Shown in pieces: positions 58,949 to 64,000 of a stretch of DNA of 64,000 bases (its first letter is position 1; every line of letters starts with the position of its first letter). Both the position numbers and the translations under genes were made by a program. The notes beneath the pieces are model-generated. The model had not been told where the DNA came from and did no database searches. It saw only the letters and a program-made list of their open reading frames with translations. The stretch is from Oligoflexia bacterium (GTDB lineage Bacteria; Bdellovibrionota; UBA1018), in NCBI GenBank assembly GCA_014378465.1, contig JACMNQ010000021.1, positions 4,898-68,897 on the forward strand. The letters run 5' to 3'.

Positions 58949-59958
58949 CGTCAATTCAAGAGACTCGAAGTGGTGAGGACTGGTCGGAGGACGAGATTTC
59001 AGCATCGGTGGTGGCATATTTTTCTCTCATGCAAATGATCATATCCGATCAGCCCGCAAAGAAGGCTCAAATATACCGACAACTCTCCCAACAATATCCA
59101 GCTCGTACTCCAAAAGCGTTTGAAGCAAAATTCCAAAATATAAGTGCGGTACTCTTCGAAATGGGCCGTGCGTTTATCCCTGGGCTCAAGCCGAGAAAGA
59201 ACTATCAAAATTGCCTTTTTAAGGCCGTGACTGAATATCTGGGCAAATCTGCACTTCAAGTGTGTGAGCCCATACCTAGAGACAGGCTTTTTGACGAGCT
59301 GAGGCGGCTTACAAAGCAAGGCTTTATACCAGTGAAGGGCAAAGGGACCGGAAGATTTGGACTCACTCTCGAACACTACCTAAACATTCCACAGAACTGC
59401 AGCAAAAATCCTGACTATTTTGGCATCGAACTAAAGACAAAACGAAAAGGCAAACTGCAAACACTTTTTTCTAGAAAGCCTACAAGATACCACGCTTGCG
59501 TCGATAGGTCTGGGCTCCTCTTTAATTTTGGTTACCCTCATAAGAAGCGAAAAAATGATTTCGCTTTGCGCACTTCATTTAACGTTTTACCGAATACCCT
59601 TGGATTTAATTTGAATGTGCGAAACAAATTATTCGAAGTAATCAAAAATAATTCAGCAATCCTCGATTTCTCTCACGCTAGTATAGAACAGACTCTATTA
59701 GCGAAGCATTTTGAAACGGTGTACATCAAAGTTCTGGCTCGCAAAACTCAAAGACGCCAGGAAGAGTGTCGTTTCGATGGCGCGGTCTACTACTCAACGC
59801 CGTCACTCGACCGGTTTATTAAGCTGGCCAGAGAAGGAAGCGTTTACTTGGACTTTACTCTGAGTTCCAACGAAGGGACCGTCAAAGACCACGGTTTTCT
59901 GTGGAGAATTCTTAATGATAAACTCATTTCGCTCTACGAAAGCTCAATTGTTATCTAG
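58945..59958 (+). CDS. MvaI/BcnI-family restriction-endonuclease-like protein with an extra N-terminal helical domain
   Basis: GTGRFGLTLEHYLNI..N.SKNPDYFGIELKTKR...TLFSRKP...KDHGFLWR. N-terminus WSEDEI..SV.AYF...KFQNISAVL..PGLKPRKNYQ. ATGA overlap with the upstream gene. Visibly more AT-rich than its neighbours. Confidence 0.75.
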   Translation: MTSIQETRSGEDWSEDEISASVVAYFSLMQMIISDQPAKKAQIYRQLSQQYPARTPKAFEAKFQNISAVLFEMGRAFIPGLKPRKNYQNCLFKAVTEYLGKSALQVCEPIPRDRLFDELRRLTKQGFIPVKGKGTGRFGLTLEHYLNIPQNCSKNPDYFGIELKTKRKGKLQTLFSRKPTRYHACVDRSGLLFNFGYPHKKRKNDFALRTSFNVLPNTLGFNLNVRNKLFEVIKNNSAILDFSHASIEQTLLAKHFETVYIKVLARKTQRRQEECRFDGAVYYSTPSLDRFIKLAREGSVYLDFTLSSNEGTVKDHGFLWRILNDKLISLYESSIVI

Positions 59959-60148
59959 AAAATGGGATTTTCGTCACCGGATGCATTACTCTCCCTCCTG
60001 AGGGGAGGACCGCGAAACATTCCTCGTCAAGTAAATCCGCTCAAAACTAGTAGCATTGTCCCTCCCTGTCAACCGACCCGCTTATATTCATGCAAGCTCC
60101 TCATCGATGGTTTTACTTCCGAGTTTGACTCGGGTTAGGGTGACTTGC

Positions 60149-61327
60149 ATGAATCTTAAGATCTTTCACACAGCCGATATCCACTTGGGGCTTCAGTTCT
60201 CAAAGTACCCAGACGACCTCTCGAAAAAGCTCCGGGAAGGGCGATTTGAGACTCTCGTACGGATGGTGCAGACTGCGAATGCCGAGCGCTGCCAGCTCTT
60301 CGTCGTGGGTGGAGACATGTTCGATACCACCCAAGTCGCAAAGAAGCTCGTAGTGCAGGCGGCTAAGATCTTGAGCGAGTTTGAGGGAGTCGTTGTTGTC
60401 CTTCCGGGCAATCATGATTTCATCACGGGTACCGACCCCAGCACCCACAATGATCTCTGGTCAGCGTTTCAAGAAGCCCATTCTGACCGCGTGCTCCTCT
60501 TGACGGAGAAAAAGCCCTACTCCCTGAAATCCTTTGATCTCGACGTCTGCCTCTATCCAGCTCCCTGCCAGAATAAGCACTCCAAGACTCACGCCGTGAG
60601 TTGGCTTGAGTCGACTGAGAAGGCTGAAGACACGACCTACCACGTGGGTCTTGCGCACGGGAGTTTCGAAGGGGTCAGTGCCGACATCGAGGGTGAGTAC
60701 TACCCCATGAAAAAGGACGACCTCCTCGTCCACAAGATGGATATCTGGCTTATGGGCCACATCCATATCCAGTACCCTCAAAAGCCAGGAGCTTCGGACA
60801 AGATCTTTTACCCTTCAACTCCAGAGCCCGATGGCTTTGATTGCCGTCACGAAGGACGGGCGTGGATCCTGGAAGTTGACCCCGAGAAACGCGTGACTGC
60901 GCGCTCGACCTCCACCGGGCACTACCGGTTTCTTCAGGATAGTGTTCGCATCGAGTCGCAAGCTGACCTCGATCTCCTGAAGCTCCGCTACAAAGGCGAC
61001 TCTTTCAAAAACACCCTGGTCAAACTCACTTTGGAAGGGTCCTTGGCCAAAGCCGAGTACGCCACTCTCAATTCGCTCCTGCAGGCACTCAAGGATGATC
61101 TCCTCTTCTTGAAATACGATGACTCAGGCGTTCGGGTCAAACTCACCCCTTCGGACATCGACAGCGAATTTACGCCCGAGTCGTTCCCTCACCTGCTCCT
61201 CACCTCCCTCTCCGGAAAAACGCAGAGCACCGAGAGCCTGGACAGCCCAGAACTTCATGAAGACCGCGACGCGCTTCAGCTCGCGTATGAACTTATTCAG
61301 GAACTCAAGCAAGGAGCCGCCAAATGA
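60149..61327 (+). CDS. Mre11/SbcD (YhaO-like) metallophosphoesterase nuclease
   Basis: All five motifs present: HTADIHLG, GGDMFD, LPGNHD, GLAHG and LMGHIH. ATG 60149 (ORF-track start 60056). Confidence 0.9.
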   Translation: MNLKIFHTADIHLGLQFSKYPDDLSKKLREGRFETLVRMVQTANAERCQLFVVGGDMFDTTQVAKKLVVQAAKILSEFEGVVVVLPGNHDFITGTDPSTHNDLWSAFQEAHSDRVLLLTEKKPYSLKSFDLDVCLYPAPCQNKHSKTHAVSWLESTEKAEDTTYHVGLAHGSFEGVSADIEGEYYPMKKDDLLVHKMDIWLMGHIHIQYPQKPGASDKIFYPSTPEPDGFDCRHEGRAWILEVDPEKRVTARSTSTGHYRFLQDSVRIESQADLDLLKLRYKGDSFKNTLVKLTLEGSLAKAEYATLNSLLQALKDDLLFLKYDDSGVRVKLTPSDIDSEFTPESFPHLLLTSLSGKTQSTESLDSPELHEDRDALQLAYELIQELKQGAAK

Positions 61328-63744
61328 TTTTAAAGAAAATCACGCTCCATCCTTTTGCGGGCATTCGCAATCAGACCTTCACCTTTGAGAGCGGCCTGAA
61401 TGTCCTGTGCGGTCCGAATGACATTGGCAAATCCACGCTTTTTCGCGCCATAGAAGGCGTTTTCTTTCTCGAGACCAAACCCAAGGTCAATTCAATTGAA
61501 GGGAAATTTCTCCAGACACTGATCCCGATCGGCGGGGACAATGCGAAAGTGACCGCCGAGTTTGAAAGTGGCGGAATTCCGTACCGACTCGAGAAGACCT
61601 GGGGAGCCGGCCACGCCTGCCGCCTGGAACTTCCTGATGGGACTGCCCTCAACACGCAGGAAAAGATTTCAGAAAAGCTTCAGCAGATCTTGCCGGCGAC
61701 CGAAGCGACCTTTAAAAGCATTCTACTTGCTGGACAGAACTGCCTTGCGCAGACGATCGGGCACCTGGAAAAAAACCAGGACTCGCTTCATTCCTTGGGG
61801 GATGTGCTGAGGCAGGCCATGAGCCAGACTGACGGGATCTCGGTCGACCGTCTGAAGCTCATGCTCCAGGAGCGGATCGACAAAGCGTTTTTGCGCTGGG
61901 AAACTCAGAGCCAAGGTCCGCAAGGCGGACGCGGACTTGAAAACCCCTGGGCCTATCCCGGCAGTATCCTGAAAAGCTGGTATGAGCGCGAGAATCTCAA
62001 GAAGCAGCGCAACGACATTCGCGCGCTCGAAGCTTTGTACGGCGATAAGGCGAACCTGCTTGCGCAGAAGACGGCGAGGCAGGCTCAGGCGCAACTCTTC
62101 ATGCAGGAGCATGAACCTCACATCGAGGCGATCCAACAGCGAAAGACGCTCGAGGCCGTCAGCCAGGGTGCAAAGCACGCAGTCGATACAGTGAAAGCCG
62201 ACCTTGGCAACTGGATGAAGGCAGAAAACCTCCAACCCATTCTCGCTCTTGAACTTCAGCGTCTGAAGACGGTGGTCGCGAATCTGAAGAAGGAACAAGG
62301 CGAAGCCCATGCGGCGTCAGGTAGAAAAGCCCTCATCGACCGCTTCACGAAGATCGAGGCTGAGCACCAAGAGCTTTTGCGCCTCAAGGCCGCGAAGGAT
62401 GCCCTCCCCACCGTAGCCCATGAGAACATCGAAGCCTTGCGAGAAGCGCTGGGTCTCAGTGAACGCTTGAAAGCAGGACTTTCTGCCTCAAAACTCGCAC
62501 TTCAGTTCACGGCGCGTGCTGCACTTGACCTGGTCACTCAGAAGGATCTCGATCCTGCCTCCAAGCAAGGTCTTGCCTTGGGCCAGACCCTTGAGCTCCA
62601 GGCCGGGGGTCGGATTTATCTGACTCATGACCTTTTTGAAATCAAGATCAGCTCGGGCGACGGTAAAATGGATCAACTCGAAAAGAACCTCAAGGCCTCC
62701 GAGCAGACCATCCGGAGCCTCCTTGAAAAACTGAAAGTCTCCAACCTTGCTGAAGCACTGGAGCAGGAATCGGCCTTTACTTCCGCCACGCGCAAAGTCG
62801 AAACTTCAGAAAGAACCCTCCGGAGCCTGCTTGGCCAGGACCGCTATGAAGAACTGAAGACCCTTTTTGATGCGGCCCAGACGCAGGTCGGCTCAAGAGA
62901 GCTTTCGATCATCGTCCAAGAGTTTTCTGAAGCGAGCAGCGATTTGGGCAAGAAGGAAAGTGACTACCAACAGGCTACTCTTGAACTCAACCGACTCAAG
63001 CAACTCTACGGAAGTGATGACTCAAGTTCGCTCCTGGTCAAACTCTCTGAAAAAACCGCCGAACTGAATAAAAGCGTGAAGGACCTGGCTAGCCTCCCTG
63101 CCATTCCAGCTGACATAGGAGACGGCGATACCCTTCTCACCCGCTTCAGTACCGCGCGCGACGCCTTCAGAAGAATCACCGAAGAACTCCCCCGTCTCAT
63201 TTCAGACGTCGCTGAGCTCAGAGCTCAGCTCTCTGACAAGACCTCGCAAGAGTTTGATCGACAATTTGAGGACGCGGACCAGGCTTTTCAGAAGGAACTG
63301 CGCGCAGGCAATGCCCTTCAGCGGGTCAGCCAAGCCGTTCAAGCTCTTGAAGCCAGAAGTACCAACGTCTATTCTGAACTTCAGAAGGAATTCGAAAAAA
63401 CGATCACTCAGTTCAGCTCAGGCAAGTACTCCAAATCCAATATGACAGGCTCACTCCCCCAGGCCTTCACCCGGCAGGACGGGGCCAAGGTTCCCTATGA
63501 GTGGCTCTCTGGAGGCACCAAGGACAGCTTTGCCTTGGCGCTGAGACTTGCCATGGCCCGGTACTTTCTAGCGGCAAGGTCAGGCTTTCTGCTCGTTGAC
63601 GACCCCATGGTCGCGATGGATCCGGACCGCCAAAAAATTGCGGCGGGCTTGGTAAAGGAGTTTGCTGAGAAGACGCAGGTTCTGGTCTTTACTTGCCACC
63701 CATCGCACGCGGAGATTTTGGGTGGGACAGCGGTGAAGATTTAG
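61324..63744 (+). CDS. Rad50/SbcC-like (YhaN-type) coiled-coil ABC ATPase
   Basis: Walker A GPNDIGKST, a long coiled coil, signature LSGGT, Walker B/D-loop LLVDDPMVAMD and H-loop FTCH. No CxxC hook. ATGA overlap with the Mre11 gene. Confidence 0.88.
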   Translation: MILKKITLHPFAGIRNQTFTFESGLNVLCGPNDIGKSTLFRAIEGVFFLETKPKVNSIEGKFLQTLIPIGGDNAKVTAEFESGGIPYRLEKTWGAGHACRLELPDGTALNTQEKISEKLQQILPATEATFKSILLAGQNCLAQTIGHLEKNQDSLHSLGDVLRQAMSQTDGISVDRLKLMLQERIDKAFLRWETQSQGPQGGRGLENPWAYPGSILKSWYERENLKKQRNDIRALEALYGDKANLLAQKTARQAQAQLFMQEHEPHIEAIQQRKTLEAVSQGAKHAVDTVKADLGNWMKAENLQPILALELQRLKTVVANLKKEQGEAHAASGRKALIDRFTKIEAEHQELLRLKAAKDALPTVAHENIEALREALGLSERLKAGLSASKLALQFTARAALDLVTQKDLDPASKQGLALGQTLELQAGGRIYLTHDLFEIKISSGDGKMDQLEKNLKASEQTIRSLLEKLKVSNLAEALEQESAFTSATRKVETSERTLRSLLGQDRYEELKTLFDAAQTQVGSRELSIIVQEFSEASSDLGKKESDYQQATLELNRLKQLYGSDDSSSLLVKLSEKTAELNKSVKDLASLPAIPADIGDGDTLLTRFSTARDAFRRITEELPRLISDVAELRAQLSDKTSQEFDRQFEDADQAFQKELRAGNALQRVSQAVQALEARSTNVYSELQKEFEKTITQFSSGKYSKSNMTGSLPQAFTRQDGAKVPYEWLSGGTKDSFALALRLAMARYFLAARSGFLLVDDPMVAMDPDRQKIAAGLVKEFAEKTQVLVFTCHPSHAEILGGTAVKI

Positions 63745-64000
63745 ATTCCGGGATCCAGGGCACTCTCGATTTCCATATGATCGCGCTTGTCTAGCCTTCG
63801 CATAAGATGATCAGAGGACCTGCCAATTCCGCGGTTGAAGAAAGAAATGCCAAGAGCGAGTGCCGCGGTTGAATCGTTATCGCCTTCGGGAACCTGACTT
63901 GCTGCGAAGACTTTGGCATACTCGACTCCTGAATCCACCGCATGAGCAGCGATCTTGACTGTTTCAGGGGCATAAAAGCCCTGACCGGTAGACCAAAGCT
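63741..64000 (-). CDS. 3' end of an unidentified gene entering from the window edge
   Basis: The frame is open from the edge (LWSTGQGFYAPETVKIAAHAVDSGVEY...LDPGI*) and converges on the Rad50-like gene. Confidence 0.45.
   Translation of the reverse strand, partial: LWSTGQGFYAPETVKIAAHAVDSGVEYAKVFAASQVPEGDNDSTAALALGISFFNRGIGRSSDHLMRRLDKRDHMEIESALDPGI

Overview
Chromosomal segment of a moderately GC-rich bacterium, most likely Bdellovibrionota/Oligoflexia. This is inferred from gene content, Cys-rich lipoproteins and the tmRNA tag GNDYAMAA, which I recall as close to the Bdellovibrio tag. The left ~45.5 kb is core-like: motAB, a 10-kb run of four large uncharacterised lipoprotein genes, an RluA-family synthase and a C1 peptidase, class II RNR nrdJ with NrdR boxes, a prkA-yeaH-spoVR-SUI1-zincin-ATP-grasp operon, pmbA-PP2C-M23-secA, a LysE/methyltransferase/amidinotransferase/diiron-oxidase cluster, and msrA. 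The tmRNA gene ssrA lies at 45569-45926. Downstream is accessory DNA: four extra copies of the ssrA 3' end, each followed by a hairpin and separated by structured repeats or cargo. The cargo includes a hybrid histidine kinase, nested IS3/IS21 remnants, a GIY-YIG nuclease with nine tandem repeats, and a DUF2779-MvaI/BcnI-Mre11-Rad50 nuclease operon that looks like a defence system. The best candidates for undescribed biology are this nuclease operon, the ssrA-3'-end cassette array, the four-lipoprotein cluster, the diiron-oxidase cluster and the repeat-bearing GIY-YIG. All family assignments come from motif recognition by eye; no database searches were run.
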